Positions 9,088 to 20,100 of a stretch of DNA of 64,000 nucleotides are shown here, piece after piece (positions within the stretch are counted from its first letter, which is position 1; every line of letters starts with the position of its first letter). The translations under genes and the position numbers were made by a program. The stretch lies in NCBI GenBank assembly GCA_965243325.1, contig CBDEUQ010000003.1:30508-94507 (forward strand). Direction: 5' to 3'. The stretch is from Alphaproteobacteria bacterium. GTDB lineage: Bacteria; Pseudomonadota; Alphaproteobacteria; UBA7887. The notes under the pieces were generated by a model. The model saw nothing but the letters and a program-made list of their open reading frames with translations. It was not told the origin of the DNA and searched no databases.

Positions 9088-10971
9088 ATGAGCAGCGAAA
9101 CCGGCACCGCGAACGCCGAAACGCACGAGTTCCAGGCCGAGGTCGGCAAGCTCCTCGACCTGATGATCAACTCTCTCTACTCCAACCGGGAGATATTCCT
9201 GCGCGAGTTGATCTCGAACGCCTCCGACGCCTGCGACCGGCTGCGCTACGCCGCCATCGCCGCGCCGGAGCTGCTGGGCGACGATGCGGAGCTCGCCGTC
9301 GTCCTCGCGGTCGACAAGAAGAAGCGGCTCGTCCGCGTGACCGACAACGGCATCGGCATGAACCGCGACGACCTCGTCGACAATCTCGGCACCGTCGCCC
9401 GCTCCGGCACGGAGGCGTTCGTCGCCCGGATGAGCGGCGACGAGGCGGCCGACGCCAGCCTGATCGGCCAGTTCGGCGTCGGCTTCTACTCCGCCTTCAT
9501 GGTCGCCGACCGCGTGACGGTGACGACGGCGAAGGCCGGAGAGGACGCGGCGTGGCGCTGGCGGTCCGACGGCGCGGGCGCCTACACGATCGAGGAGGTC
9601 GCGCGCGAACGCCGGGGCACGGAGGTCGAGCTGCACGTCCGCAAGGGGCTCGACGAGTTTCTCGACGACGCGCGGCTGCGGACGATCGTCCGCACGTACT
9701 CCGATCACATCGCCCTCCCGGTCCGCTTCGGCGACGGCGACGAGGCGGAGACCGTAAACCGTGCCTCGGCGCTCTGGACGCGCCCGAAGAAGGAGATCGA
9801 GGCGGCGCAGTACACCGAGTTCTACCGCCACGTCGGCCACGCCTTCGACGAGCCGTGGCTCACCCTGCACAACAAGGCGGAAGGCCGGATCGAGTACACG
9901 AGCCTCCTCTTCGTGCCGGCCGAGAAGCCGTTCGACCTGTTCCATCCCGAGCGCAAGCACGGGGTGAAGCTGTACGTCAGGCGGGTGTTCATCACCGACG
10001 ACTGCGAGGGGTTGGTGCCGCGCTGGATGCGCTTCGTCCGCGGCGTCGTCGATTCCGAGGATCTGCCGCTGAACATCAGCCGCGAGACGTTGCAGCACAA
10101 TCCGGTGCTCGCGCGGATTCGTACCGCGCTCGTCAAGCGCGTGCTCGGCGCCCTGGAGAAGAAGGCGGAGAAGGACGCGGACGGCTACGCCGCGTTCTGG
10201 GGCAACTTCGGCGCCGTGCTGAAGGAGGGCGTATACGAGGACCACGAGTACCGCGACCGCCTGCTCGGACTGTTGCGCGCCAAATCGACTCGCGGCGACG
10301 GCCTGTCGAGCCTCGCCGAATACGTCGGACGGATGAAGGAAGGGCAGGAGGCGATCTACACCATCACGGGCGAGAGCGCCGACGCCCTGCGGAACAGCCC
10401 CCAGATCGAGGGTTTCGCGGCGCGCGGCGTCGAGGTGTTGCTGCTGGACGATCCGGTGGACGACTTCTGGCTCGGCGCGGCGCCGGAGTTCGACGGCAAG
10501 CCGTTCCGCTCGGTCACCCGCGGCGACATCGACCTGTCGGCGATCGCGCGCGAGGACGGCGGTGAGGCGGCGGACGATACGCCGCCGGCTCCCGAAGGCA
10601 TGGCAACCCTCGTCGCCGCCTTCAAGCAGGCGCTCGAAGGCACCGTCAAGGATGTGCGGGCGTCGGCGCGGCTGACCGACAGCGCGGTCTGTCTCGTCGC
10701 CGACGAGGGCGGCCTCGACATGCATCTGGAGCGCATTCTCAAGCAGCACCGGCGGCTCGACGAGGAGAGCCGGAAGATTCTGGAAATCAACCCCGGCAAC
10801 CCGTTGATCGCCGCCCTCGCGGCGCGCGCCGAAGCGAAGCCGTCCGACCCGGCGCTCGAGGAAGCCGCCGCGCTGCTCCTCGACCAGGCGCGCATCGTCG
10901 AGGGAGAGCCGCTGCCCGACCCGGCGGCGTTCGCCCGCCGCATGACGGAGGCGCTGACCCGCGCGCTTTAG
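9088..10971 (+). CDS. htpG: molecular chaperone HtpG (Hsp90)
   Basis: Full-length collinear HtpG: HEFQAEVGKLLDLMINSLYSNREIFLRELISNASDA..., GHKL ATPase N-domain. Confidence 0.95.
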   Translation: MSSETGTANAETHEFQAEVGKLLDLMINSLYSNREIFLRELISNASDACDRLRYAAIAAPELLGDDAELAVVLAVDKKKRLVRVTDNGIGMNRDDLVDNLGTVARSGTEAFVARMSGDEAADASLIGQFGVGFYSAFMVADRVTVTTAKAGEDAAWRWRSDGAGAYTIEEVARERRGTEVELHVRKGLDEFLDDARLRTIVRTYSDHIALPVRFGDGDEAETVNRASALWTRPKKEIEAAQYTEFYRHVGHAFDEPWLTLHNKAEGRIEYTSLLFVPAEKPFDLFHPERKHGVKLYVRRVFITDDCEGLVPRWMRFVRGVVDSEDLPLNISRETLQHNPVLARIRTALVKRVLGALEKKAEKDADGYAAFWGNFGAVLKEGVYEDHEYRDRLLGLLRAKSTRGDGLSSLAEYVGRMKEGQEAIYTITGESADALRNSPQIEGFAARGVEVLLLDDPVDDFWLGAAPEFDGKPFRSVTRGDIDLSAIAREDGGEAADDTPPAPEGMATLVAAFKQALEGTVKDVRASARLTDSAVCLVADEGGLDMHLERILKQHRRLDEESRKILEINPGNPLIAALAARAEAKPSDPALEEAAALLLDQARIVEGEPLPDPAAFARRMTEALTRAL

Positions 10972-11052
10972 TGGATTGACTCGCAGACGATGCAGTCTGC
11001 GTCACTGTCGCGCATATGACTATCTGACAACCGACATGGCAGGAATCATGCC

Positions 11053-11304
11053 ATGCTAGCGACTGCCCGGACTGCCTTCGATGCCTTCGGCGCGGCTCGC
11101 GCACTCGAAGCGGCCGGCGTCGAACGCGCCCAGGCCGAAGCTATCGCTGGTGCCGTCGCCGCCCGATCGGTCACCCGATCCGATCTCGAGACGCTGGCCA
11201 CCAAGGGCGAGGTTGCCGCGCTGCACTCCGTGGTCCGTTGGATGCTTGGTTTTCACGCGGCGCTCACCCTCGCCATAGCTGCTCGCCTGTTTGGCGTCGT
11301 GTAG
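11053..11304 (+). CDS. DUF1640-like small coiled-coil protein
   Basis: 83-aa ORF; LATARTAFDAFGAARALEAAGVERAQAEAIAGAV pattern typical of DUF1640. Confidence 0.4.
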   Translation: MLATARTAFDAFGAARALEAAGVERAQAEAIAGAVAARSVTRSDLETLATKGEVAALHSVVRWMLGFHAALTLAIAARLFGVV

Positions 11305-11579
11305 AGGCCGGGCCGCAAACACCATCGCGCCCACATGCGGCGCGACCGGCTCAACATCGGGACACCGGTCCGGCGCGACAAAAGAGCGCGACGCGCGCCC
11401 AGAAAATGCCGGCGATGACCCCACCATCGAGAAAATGAGGCGGTCCCGCTCGGCACACGCATCAAGCGCCTGCCGCCAGCGTCATCAATGACCCGGCAGG
11501 CCTCGACCGCCCTGCTGAAGGCCGGGATCCGGCCGCACGATGAATCAGTTCGCCGATCGGGGTGGTTTACTGGGCAGCA

Positions 11580-12590
11580 CTAGCCGCGGCCCATGTAGAG
11601 GTCGCGTCCCGCCGCGAGGGTCGCGATCTTGGCGTCGGCGATGCCGCGGTCGAGCATCCAGAAACCGCAGTCGGGGTGGATGTAGCGGATGCGGTCCGGT
11701 CCAATCGCGCGCGCCGCGCGTTCGATGGCGCGGGCAATCCCGTCGGCGGACTCGATCTCGGTGCGCTTGATGTCGACGACGCCGAGACCCATGCCGATGT
11801 CCGCCCTCAGGTCGGCGAATACGGCGAGTTCGGCCTCGGGCCGGTGGGCGGTCTCCATCACGATGTGGTCCGCGCGCAGGCTGTTCAGGTAGCCGAGCAG
11901 CGCGTCCCAGCCGCCCCGCTGCACCGACTGTCCGCCGTAGTTGCCGAAGCACAGGTGCACCGCCGGCGTCGTCGGCACGGCGTCCAGCACCCGGTTGATC
12001 GCCGCCGCCGCCACCTCGGCTTCCTCCGGATGCCCCGGCAGGTTCGCCTCGTCGATCTGGATCACGTCGGCATCGCAGTGCGCGACCTGCCCGGCAAGCA
12101 CGTCGGCGACGGCGTTGGCGAGCGAGGCGAGGTCGCCGTAGTGACGGTCGATCAGCACCTTCGCCAGCATGTGCGGGCCGGTCAGCGTGAACTTGAGCGG
12201 CCGCGACGTAAGCCGGCGCGCCCGCGCGCACGCCGCCGGCAGGTCGAGCGTGCCGCCGTCCAGCGGTCCCTCGACCACCCCGGGCGGCCGGCGGCGGTAG
12301 CCCGTGCCCGCCTGCTTGCGGTAGGCCTCGGCCTCGGCGAAGCCGATCTCGGTGCGAATGCCCCCCATCGGCGCGAGGAAGTACTCGATCATGCCGTTGG
12401 TCTCGGGGTGGTTCGCGTCGAAGCGGTAGAGCTCTCCGTCGCACACGAGGTCGATGCCGGCGCATTCCTGCGTGTGCAGCACCACGCGCGTCGCGTCGAC
12501 CAGCGTTCGCTCGGTCGGCACCGCCGCGAGCCACGCGGGAACGGGGTACGACCCGACGACCGTGGTCTTGATGTCCGCTTCCCGATCCAT
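11580..12590 (-). CDS. cobalamin-independent methionine synthase II (MetE C-terminal domain-like) family protein
   Basis: …TTVVGSYPVPAWL..., ...HTQECAGIDLVCDGE..., ...YIHPDCGF... are MetE C-domain / UroD-fold motifs. Internal ATG with GAGG RBS chosen as the start. Confidence 0.65.
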   Translation of the reverse strand: MDREADIKTTVVGSYPVPAWLAAVPTERTLVDATRVVLHTQECAGIDLVCDGELYRFDANHPETNGMIEYFLAPMGGIRTEIGFAEAEAYRKQAGTGYRRRPPGVVEGPLDGGTLDLPAACARARRLTSRPLKFTLTGPHMLAKVLIDRHYGDLASLANAVADVLAGQVAHCDADVIQIDEANLPGHPEEAEVAAAAINRVLDAVPTTPAVHLCFGNYGGQSVQRGGWDALLGYLNSLRADHIVMETAHRPEAELAVFADLRADIGMGLGVVDIKRTEIESADGIARAIERAARAIGPDRIRYIHPDCGFWMLDRGIADAKIATLAAGRDLYMGRG

Positions 12591-12820
12591 CGGCAGCCTC
12601 GGCTCCGGCGCGTTTCCGGGAGCGGTCTTGTAGCACATCGACCGCGTGCCGGCCGGAGACGCCGTCGGCGAGGAAGCGATTCGCGCCGATGCGCCGCTCG
12701 AGCCGACCGCCCGCCCCTGTACAGCGGCCCGCACCCCCGGGAGAACGCCGCCGCGCGACGATTGTCTTGGCGCCCGAGGTTGGCTAGGGTGCGCCTCGTT
12801 CGCCAGCCGGAAGCGATCAA

Positions 12821-13468
12821 GTGGCCGATATCTTCAGGGAAATCGACGAAGACGCCCAACGCGACCGTCTGCTCGCGTTCTGGCGGCGCTGGCGCTGGCA
12901 CGTCGTCGGCGCCGCGGCGGTCCTCGTCCTCGGCACGGCGGCCGGGGTCGGCTGGCGCGGCTTGCAGGAGTCTGCTGCCGCCGACCGCGGCGCCCGCTTC
13001 GCGGCGGCCATGCGGCTGGCCGAGGACGCGGCGTACGAGGACTCGGCGCGCGCCTTCGCGCGTTTCGCGGAGGAGGAAAGCGGTGATTACGCCGCGCTCG
13101 CGCGCTTGCGCCAGGGGGCCATGCTCGCCCAGGCGGGCGACGGGCTTGCCGCCGTCGGCGCCTACAACGTCCTGATCGATTCCGGCGCCGACCCGCTGTT
13201 CGTCGAGCTGGCGCAGGTGCTCGCCTCGCGCCATCTGATCGACCGCGGCGAGACGCGGGCCGCGGAAACGCGCCTGCAGGCGATCGCCGAGGGCGCCGGG
13301 CCCTGGCGCTTCCTGGCTCGGGAGATGCTGGCCGCCGCCGCTCTGCAGGACGGCCGCCTGAGCGAAGCGCGCCAGGGTTTCGAAGCGCTCCGCGACGAAG
13401 CGGGAGTGCCCGACGGCGTGCAGACGAGAGCCCGGCAACTGATCGCCGCGCTAGGGGGCGAACCGTGA
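12821..13468 (+). CDS. YfgM-like membrane-anchored TPR protein
   Basis: GTG start, N-terminal TM segment, TPR-like repeats; conserved position immediately upstream of bamB and der. Confidence 0.55.
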   Translation: MADIFREIDEDAQRDRLLAFWRRWRWHVVGAAAVLVLGTAAGVGWRGLQESAAADRGARFAAAMRLAEDAAYEDSARAFARFAEEESGDYAALARLRQGAMLAQAGDGLAAVGAYNVLIDSGADPLFVELAQVLASRHLIDRGETRAAETRLQAIAEGAGPWRFLAREMLAAAALQDGRLSEARQGFEALRDEAGVPDGVQTRARQLIAALGGEP

Positions 13469-14805
13469 CGGCGCGCGCCCTCGCGGCCCTCGCGGCGGGG
13501 CTTCTGGCGGGCGCATGCAGCGATACGTGGCTCGGCGACAGGCTGTTCGGCGACGACGATGCGGCCGATGCGCTGCCCGGCGAGCGCGTCTCGGTTCTGC
13601 TCCTCGAACGCACGCTCGAGGCCGACCCCGCGCTGGCGGGCGAGCCGGTGACGCTGCCGCCGCCGCTCGCCAACGCCGCGTGGCCGGTGCCGTGGGGAAC
13701 GCCGACGCACGCCCCGGGCCACCTCGCGGCCGACGGCGACCTCGCGGTGCTGTGGCGGCAGTCGGCCGGCGCCGGGGAGAGCGGCGAAAACATCGCCCTC
13801 TCGACCCCGGTCGTCGCCGACGGGCGCGCCTACCTGATGGACGCCGACTCCACCGTCGCCGCCTTCGCCCTCGAGTCCGGCCGCCGCGTATGGTCGCGCG
13901 AACTGCTCCCCGATCACGAGGACGGAAGCGCGATTCTCGGCGGCGGCGTCGCCTTCGCCGACGGCGTGCTCTATGCCGCGACCGCGTTCGGAGAGATCGC
14001 CGCCCTCGACGCCGCCGACGGCGCCGTGCTGTGGCGGCGCATCGTGGTCAGCGCCCTGCGCGCCGCGCCGGCGGTTGCCGGCGGCCGGCTTTTCGCCACC
14101 GGATTCGACAACCGCCTGTACGCGTTCGACGCGCGCACCGGCGAGCTGCTGTGGACCCACGAGGGTATCGTCGAGTCGGCCGGACTGGCCGGTGCGGCGG
14201 TGCCCGCGGTCAGCGGCGATCTGGTCATCGCCGCCTATTCGTCGGGCGAGGTGTTCGCGCTCAGGGTCGAGAACGGACGCGTCGCATGGACCGATTCGCT
14301 GATCCTGCAGGGGCGGCTGGGCGCGCGCACGAACCTGTCGGACGTGGACGCGAGCCCCGTGGTCGACGGCGACCTCGCGTTCGCGGTCAGCCAGGGCGGC
14401 AGCCTTGCCGCCATCGAGCTGCGCTCCGGCTTCCGCGTCTGGGACCGGGAGATTCCGAGCGCGCAAACGCCGTGGGTCGCCGGTGACTATCTGTACATCG
14501 TGACCGTCGATGCGGAAGTGGCGTGTCTGCGGCGGGCCGACGGGCGCGTCCGCTGGGTGGCGGCGCTGCCGCGCTACGAGGATCCGGAGGACCGCGAGGG
14601 GCCGATCCAGTGGACGGGGCCGGTCCTCGCCGGCGGGCGGCTCGTCGTCGCCAGCAGCCACGGCGAGATGCGTGAGCTGTCGCCCGCCGACGGCGCGGTG
14701 CTCGCGGTCCGCGCCCTGCCTGCCGGCGTGCGCGCGGCGCCCGTCGTCGCCGACGGGACGCTGTACGTGCAAACCCGGGAGGCCGATCTGGTCGCCCTGC
14801 GCTAG
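13465..14805 (+). CDS. bamB: outer membrane protein assembly factor BamB (PQQ-repeat lipoprotein)
   Basis: Lipobox LLAGC and repeated ...G.V.A.D...G...W beta-propeller motifs; overlaps the yfgM-like stop. Confidence 0.8.
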   Translation: MTARALAALAAGLLAGACSDTWLGDRLFGDDDAADALPGERVSVLLLERTLEADPALAGEPVTLPPPLANAAWPVPWGTPTHAPGHLAADGDLAVLWRQSAGAGESGENIALSTPVVADGRAYLMDADSTVAAFALESGRRVWSRELLPDHEDGSAILGGGVAFADGVLYAATAFGEIAALDAADGAVLWRRIVVSALRAAPAVAGGRLFATGFDNRLYAFDARTGELLWTHEGIVESAGLAGAAVPAVSGDLVIAAYSSGEVFALRVENGRVAWTDSLILQGRLGARTNLSDVDASPVVDGDLAFAVSQGGSLAAIELRSGFRVWDREIPSAQTPWVAGDYLYIVTVDAEVACLRRADGRVRWVAALPRYEDPEDREGPIQWTGPVLAGGRLVVASSHGEMRELSPADGAVLAVRALPAGVRAAPVVADGTLYVQTREADLVALR

Positions 14806-14826
14806 GCGCAGGAACGCCCGCGCGGA

Positions 14827-16170
14827 ATGGTGTGTCGAGTCGCCATCGTCGGGCGGCCGAACGTCGGCAAGTCCACCCTGTTCAACCGCCTCGTCGGTCG
14901 CCGGCTGGCGCTCGTCGGCGACCGGCCGGGGATCACCCGCGACTGGCGCGAGGGCAAAGGGCGCCTCGGGCCGGCGCGCTTCCGCCTGATCGACACGGCC
15001 GGTCTGGAGGACGCCTTCGGCGACAGCCTGGAAGCGCGCATGCTGGAGCGGACCGAGGCGCTTCTCGACGGCGTCGATCTGACCCTGTTCGCGCTCGACG
15101 GGCGGGCCGGCGTGACCCCGCTCGACCGCCATTTCGCGCGCTGGCTGCGCGCGCGCGGCGGCCCGGCGCTCGTTCTCGTCAACAAGGCCGAGGGGGGCGC
15201 CGGCGAGGAGGCGCTCCTCGACGCCTTCGCGCTCGGTCTCGGCGATCCGGTGGCGATCTCGGCTCAGCACGGCGAGGGCCTCGGCGACCTTTACGGCGCC
15301 ATGGTCGCCGCCTGCCCGGGGCTCGATGAAGCCGGGGCGGCGACGGCCGCGGCGGAGGACGTTCTCCGGCTCGCGATCGTCGGCCGTCCGAACGTCGGCA
15401 AGTCGACGCTGGTCAACCGCCTGCTCGGCGAGACGCGGGTGCTGACCGGACCCGAAGCGGGGATCACGCGCGACGCGGTCGCGGTGCGCTGGCGCTGGCG
15501 CGGCCGCGACGTGGAGCTGGTGGACACCGCGGGGCTGCGCCGCCGCGCCCGCGTCGCGGAAGAGGTCGAACGCGCCGCGGCCGCCGACACGCGGCGCGCC
15601 GTCGGCGCCTGCCAGGTGGCGGCCCTCGCGGTCGACGCGACCGCGCCCCTCGACCGGCAGGACGTGGCCATCGCGCGCGGCATCGTCGAGGAGGGGCGGG
15701 CGCTCGTCGTCGCCGCCAACAAGTGGGACCGCGTCGAGTCCCCGGATTCCGTGCGCCGGCGTCTCGACGAGCGGCTGCGAATGTCGCTGTCGCAGGCCCG
15801 CGGCGTCGCGCTCGTCCCCCTTTCGGCGCGCACCGGCGCCGGCGTGGAGCGGCTGATGCAGGCCGCTTTCGACTCTCGCGCGACGTGGAGCCGGCGACTG
15901 CCGACCGCGGAGCTCAACCGCTGGTTGGCGGCCATGCTCGAGCGTCACGCGCCGCCGCTGGACGGCGGGCGCCGCGTGCGCCTTCGCTACATCGCGCAGG
16001 TGTCCGCCCGGCCGCCGACCTTCGCGGTGTTCGTCAACCGTCCGCGCGGCGTGCCGGCGGCCTACGTCCGCTATCTCGTCAACGGCCTGCGCGACGCCTT
16101 CGACCTTCCGGGGACGCCGATTCGCCTTCTCCTTCGTTCCGGCCGCAACCCCTACGCGCCCGGCCGCTGA
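14827..16170 (+). CDS. der: ribosome-associated GTPase Der (EngA), two GTPase domains
   Basis: Two GRPNVGKST P-loops (IVGRPNVGKSTLFNRL and IVGRPNVGKSTLVNRL) plus a KH-like C-terminus. Confidence 0.9.
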   Translation: MVCRVAIVGRPNVGKSTLFNRLVGRRLALVGDRPGITRDWREGKGRLGPARFRLIDTAGLEDAFGDSLEARMLERTEALLDGVDLTLFALDGRAGVTPLDRHFARWLRARGGPALVLVNKAEGGAGEEALLDAFALGLGDPVAISAQHGEGLGDLYGAMVAACPGLDEAGAATAAAEDVLRLAIVGRPNVGKSTLVNRLLGETRVLTGPEAGITRDAVAVRWRWRGRDVELVDTAGLRRRARVAEEVERAAAADTRRAVGACQVAALAVDATAPLDRQDVAIARGIVEEGRALVVAANKWDRVESPDSVRRRLDERLRMSLSQARGVALVPLSARTGAGVERLMQAAFDSRATWSRRLPTAELNRWLAAMLERHAPPLDGGRRVRLRYIAQVSARPPTFAVFVNRPRGVPAAYVRYLVNGLRDAFDLPGTPIRLLLRSGRNPYAPGR

Positions 16171-16252
16171 GCCGGAGGCGGGCGGCGCTTGGTCCCGTAC
16201 CGCGGCACGCGCTATCGTGTCGCCGCTCGCAGCGAAGAGCCTCACGCCGTCC

Positions 16253-17542
16253 ATGCGAACCGGTTTCAGTCTCGCCCAGCTCGCCGATCCGGACACCGCC
16301 CGCGCCAATGAGATCCTGCGCGCGTGCGTGCACTGCGGCTTCTGCACGGCGACGTGTCCGACCTACGTCCTCGACGGCGACGAACGCGACAGCCCGCGCG
16401 GCCGCATCTACATGATCAAGGACATGCTCGAGAACGCCCGGCCGGCGCCGGACCGGGTTGTAACGCATGTCGACCGCTGCCTGTCGTGCCTTTCGTGCAT
16501 GACGACCTGCCCGTCCGGCGTTCACTACATGCACCTCGTGGACCATGCGCGCGCCTACATCGAGGAGACTCACCGCCGGCCCGTGGCCGAGCGGCTGTTG
16601 CGTGCGCTGCTCGCTCTCGTGCTGCCGCGCCCGCGCCTGTTCCGCCTGAGCCTGCGCGCGGCCGCCCTGGCGCGGCCCTTCGCCGCGCTCGCGCCGGGAC
16701 GGCTCAAGACGTTGCTGGCCCTGGCGCCGCGGCGCCTGCCCGCACGGCGTCCCGCGGACCGGCCCGGAACGTTCGCCGCCCGGGGGCCGCGCCGCGCCCG
16801 CGTCGCGTTGCTCGCCGGCTGCGTCCAGCAGGTGCTGGCGCCGGAGATCGACCGCGCGGCCATTCGCTTGCTCACCCGCCACGGATGCGAGGTCGTCGTC
16901 GCGCCGGGCGCCGGCTGCTGCGGCGCGCTCACGCATCACATGGGGCGCCGCCGGCCGGCGATGGTCGCCGCCGCGCGCAACGTCGCCGCGTGGAATCGCG
17001 AGATCGCGCGCGGCGGTCTCGACGCCGTCGTCGTCACCGCGTCCGGATGCGGCACGACGGTCAAGGACTACGGCCACATGCTGCGCAACGATCCGCGCCG
17101 GGCCGAAGACGCCGCCGCGGTCTCCGAGCGCACGCGCGACGTCAGCGAATGGATCGGGGAGCTCGGGCTGCGCGTCGCCGAGGGGCGGGCGGGAGGCCGG
17201 GTGGCCTATCAGTCCGCGTGCTCGCTGCAGCACGGGCAGAAGGTGACCGCGGCGCCGCAGGCGCTGTTGCGCCGGGCGGGTTTCGAGGTGGTCGAGCCGG
17301 CGGAAGGGCATCTGTGCTGCGGGTCGGCGGGAACCTACAGCCTGCTGCAGCCGCGAATCGCGGATTCGCTGCGCCGGCGCAAGCTCGCCGCCCTCGCCGC
17401 CTGCGCCCCCGACATGATCGCAAGCGGCAACATCGGGTGCATGACCCAGCTGTCGGACGCCGCGGTTCCGATCCTGCACACCGTGCAGTTGCTGGACTGG
17501 GCCACCGGCGGCCCCGATCCGCGCCCCGCGGCAACGGCGTGA
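16253..17542 (+). CDS. glcF: glycolate oxidase iron-sulfur subunit GlcF
   Basis: Two ferredoxin-like Cys clusters (CVHCGFCTATCP, CLSCLSCMTTCP) and C-terminal CCG domains (CCGSAGTY, CMTQL). Confidence 0.8.
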   Translation: MRTGFSLAQLADPDTARANEILRACVHCGFCTATCPTYVLDGDERDSPRGRIYMIKDMLENARPAPDRVVTHVDRCLSCLSCMTTCPSGVHYMHLVDHARAYIEETHRRPVAERLLRALLALVLPRPRLFRLSLRAAALARPFAALAPGRLKTLLALAPRRLPARRPADRPGTFAARGPRRARVALLAGCVQQVLAPEIDRAAIRLLTRHGCEVVVAPGAGCCGALTHHMGRRRPAMVAAARNVAAWNREIARGGLDAVVVTASGCGTTVKDYGHMLRNDPRRAEDAAAVSERTRDVSEWIGELGLRVAEGRAGGRVAYQSACSLQHGQKVTAAPQALLRRAGFEVVEPAEGHLCCGSAGTYSLLQPRIADSLRRRKLAALAACAPDMIASGNIGCMTQLSDAAVPILHTVQLLDWATGGPDPRPAATA

Positions 17543-17552
17543 ACGCGGCGGC

Positions 17553-18872
17553 ATGACGGCGGTCGGCGGCCGCCACCGCCTCGTCTGGCGGCTCGCGGTG
17601 CCCAACATTCTCGCCAATCTCACCATTCCGCTGCTCGGCGCCGTGGATACCGCCGTCGTCGGGCGGCTCGGCGCGGCGGAGATCGGCGCGGTGGCGGTGG
17701 GGGCGACCGTCTTCGCCTTTCTCTACTGGGGCTTTTCGTTCCTGCGCATGGGAACCGCCGGCTTCGCCGCGCAGGCGCACGGCGCCGGAGACGGCGAAAC
17801 CCTGCTCGCGGTCCTCCTGCGCGCCGCCGCCATCGCCGTCTGCGTCGGCCTAGCGTTGATCGCGCTGCGGGGGCCGATCGTCATGGGGGCGCTTGCGCTC
17901 ATCGCACCGAGCGAAACGGTGACGCCGCTCGCCGAGCGCTATCTGGACATACGTATCTGGGGCGCACCGGCGGCGGTCTGCAACATGGTGCTGCTCGGCT
18001 GGCTGCTCGGGCGCCAGCGCATGGTGCTCGGCCTCGTCCTGCAGCTCGTCATCAACGGCGCCAACATGTTCCTCGACGTCGTCCTCGCGGTGTGGCTCGA
18101 GATGGCAGTGGACGGCGTCGCCCTGGCGACCGTGATCGCGCAGTATCTCGGCTTCGTCGCCGGGCTGTGGGTGGTGCGCCGCGAAAGCCGTCGGATACGC
18201 GCCGCGTGGCCGTGGCGCACCGCGTGGCGCCGGTCGGCGCTCGCGGCGATGATGCGCCTCAACCGCGACATCTTCCTGCGCACCGTGTGCGTCGTCGCCG
18301 CGAGCTCGATGCTGACCGCGATCGGCGCGCGCTTCGGCGACCTCATTCTCGCCGCCAACGGCATCCTGATGCTGTTTCAGGCGTTCATGTCCTACGGCCT
18401 CGACGGCTTCGCGCACGCCGCCGAGGCGCTCGTCGGCGCCGCCGTGGGCAAGCGCGACCGCGCCGACTTCGCCACCGTCGTGCGGGTGTCCACAGTCTGG
18501 GCGGCGGTGACCGCGGCCGTTTACACCGTGGTCTTCGCCGTCGCCGGCATCGCCATCGTGGGCCTCGTCACGACCCTCCCCGAGGTGCGTGCGACGGCGG
18601 CGGAATATCTGCCGTGGGCCGTGCTCTCGCCGCTGGTGTCCGTCTGGGCGTTCCAGCTCGACGGCGTCTTCATCGGCGCCACGCGCGGCCGCGTCATGCG
18701 CAACGCCATGCTGGCGGCCTTTGCCGGCTATCTGGCGGCGCTGGCGGTGTTCGTCCCGATGTGGGGGAACCACGGGCTGTGGTTCAGCTTCATGATCCTT
18801 ATGGCGTTGCGCGGCGTGACGCTCGGCGCCGCCTATCCGAGTCTTGCGCGCAGCCTGGGCCGGGCAGATTGA
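17553..18872 (+). CDS. MATE family efflux transporter
   Basis: 439 aa, 12 predicted TM helices with MATE-like duplicated halves. Confidence 0.7.
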   Translation: MTAVGGRHRLVWRLAVPNILANLTIPLLGAVDTAVVGRLGAAEIGAVAVGATVFAFLYWGFSFLRMGTAGFAAQAHGAGDGETLLAVLLRAAAIAVCVGLALIALRGPIVMGALALIAPSETVTPLAERYLDIRIWGAPAAVCNMVLLGWLLGRQRMVLGLVLQLVINGANMFLDVVLAVWLEMAVDGVALATVIAQYLGFVAGLWVVRRESRRIRAAWPWRTAWRRSALAAMMRLNRDIFLRTVCVVAASSMLTAIGARFGDLILAANGILMLFQAFMSYGLDGFAHAAEALVGAAVGKRDRADFATVVRVSTVWAAVTAAVYTVVFAVAGIAIVGLVTTLPEVRATAAEYLPWAVLSPLVSVWAFQLDGVFIGATRGRVMRNAMLAAFAGYLAALAVFVPMWGNHGLWFSFMILMALRGVTLGAAYPSLARSLGRAD

Positions 18873-18942
18873 GGGTGAAATTCACGCTCCGCCCGGCTAT
18901 GAAGGAGCCCGTTTTTCGCAATCCCGAGCGCAGGACCGTGGC

Positions 18943-20100
18943 ATGAAGATCGCGATTCCGAAGGAACGTCGCGGCGGCGAACGACGCGTGGCCGCCTCGC
19001 CGCAGACGGTGAAGAAATTCGCCGAGTTCGGTGCCGAGGTGGCGGTCGAGGCGGGGGCGGGCGCGGCTTCGGCGATCGACGATTCGGCCTTTGCCGAAGC
19101 GGGCGCGACCATCGCCGGCACCGCCGACGAGGCGTGGGACGGCGCCGACATGGTGCTCAAGGTCCAGCGCCCCATGACGGCCGACGAGGGAGAAGACGAG
19201 ATGGCGCGGCTGGCTGGCGGGTCGCTGCTCGTGGCCCTGCTCGCGCCGCTTCAGCACCGCGATCAGATCGAGGGCTACGCGAGCCGGAACGTCACCGCCT
19301 TCGCCATGGAGCTGGTGCCCCGCATCAGCCGGGCGCAGAGCATGGACGCGCTGTCGTCGCAGAGCAATCTCGCCGGCTACAGGGCGGTGCTCGACGCCGC
19401 GGCGGAGTTCGGCAAGGTCATCCCGATGATGATGACCGCGGCCGGCACCGTTGCCCCGGCCAAGATTCTCGTGCTCGGAGCCGGCGTCGCCGGTTTGCAG
19501 GCGGTCGCCACCGGCCGCCGACTCGGCGGCGTGGTATCCGCGTTCGACGTGCGCCCGGCGGTCAAGGAGCAGGTCGAGAGCCTCGGCGCGAAGTTCATCG
19601 AGGTCGCCGACGACGAAGCCGGGAGCGCGGAGACGGCGGGCGGGTACGCGCGCGAGATGGGAGAGGACTACCGCCGCCGCCAGGGCGAGCTGATCCGCGA
19701 GACCATCGGCGGCCAGGACATCGTCATCTGCACCGCGCTGATTCCCGGTCGGCCGGCGCCGACGCTGATCACCGCCGACATGGTCGCCGGGATGAAGCCG
19801 GGCTCGGTGATCGTCGATCTGGCCACCGAAACGGGTGGCAACTGCGAGCTGTCCGTCCACGGCGAGGTCGTGCGCGTCCATGGCGTGGCGATCGTCGGAC
19901 ACGCCAACGTGCCGAGCCGCGTCGCCGTGGACGCCAGCGCGCTCTACGCCCGCAACCTGCTCAACTTCGTCGCTCCGATGATCGACCGCGAGACCCGGTC
20001 GCTCAAGATCGACTGGGAAGACGAGGTCATCGCCGGCGCGTGCGTGACGCGCGACGCCGCCGTGGTGCATCCGATGCTGACCGATGGAGGCGGCGCATGA
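18943..20100 (+). CDS. pntAA: NAD(P) transhydrogenase subunit alpha part 1 (dI)
   Basis: [26 protein letters not shown]...; Rossmann motif [11 protein letters not shown]; AGGA RBS. Confidence 0.9.
   Translation: MKIAIPKERRGGERRVAASPQTVKKFAEFGAEVAVEAGAGAASAIDDSAFAEAGATIAGTADEAWDGADMVLKVQRPMTADEGEDEMARLAGGSLLVALLAPLQHRDQIEGYASRNVTAFAMELVPRISRAQSMDALSSQSNLAGYRAVLDAAAEFGKVIPMMMTAAGTVAPAKILVLGAGVAGLQAVATGRRLGGVVSAFDVRPAVKEQVESLGAKFIEVADDEAGSAETAGGYAREMGEDYRRRQGELIRETIGGQDIVICTALIPGRPAPTLITADMVAGMKPGSVIVDLATETGGNCELSVHGEVVRVHGVAIVGHANVPSRVAVDASALYARNLLNFVAPMIDRETRSLKIDWEDEVIAGACVTRDAAVVHPMLTDGGGA

Noticed and set aside
8323-10749. 808-aa minus-strand ORF antisense to htpG. Similar very long Arg/Ala/Gly-rich ORFs lie antisense to real genes at 2761..4392, 4362..6014, 13162..16347, 27007..29034, 33007..34554 and 35381..37867 (upper part).
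   Set aside because: Low-complexity R/A/G/P-rich composition typical of antisense frames in 70% GC DNA. Each overlaps a confidently identified gene on the other strand and has no domain signatures.
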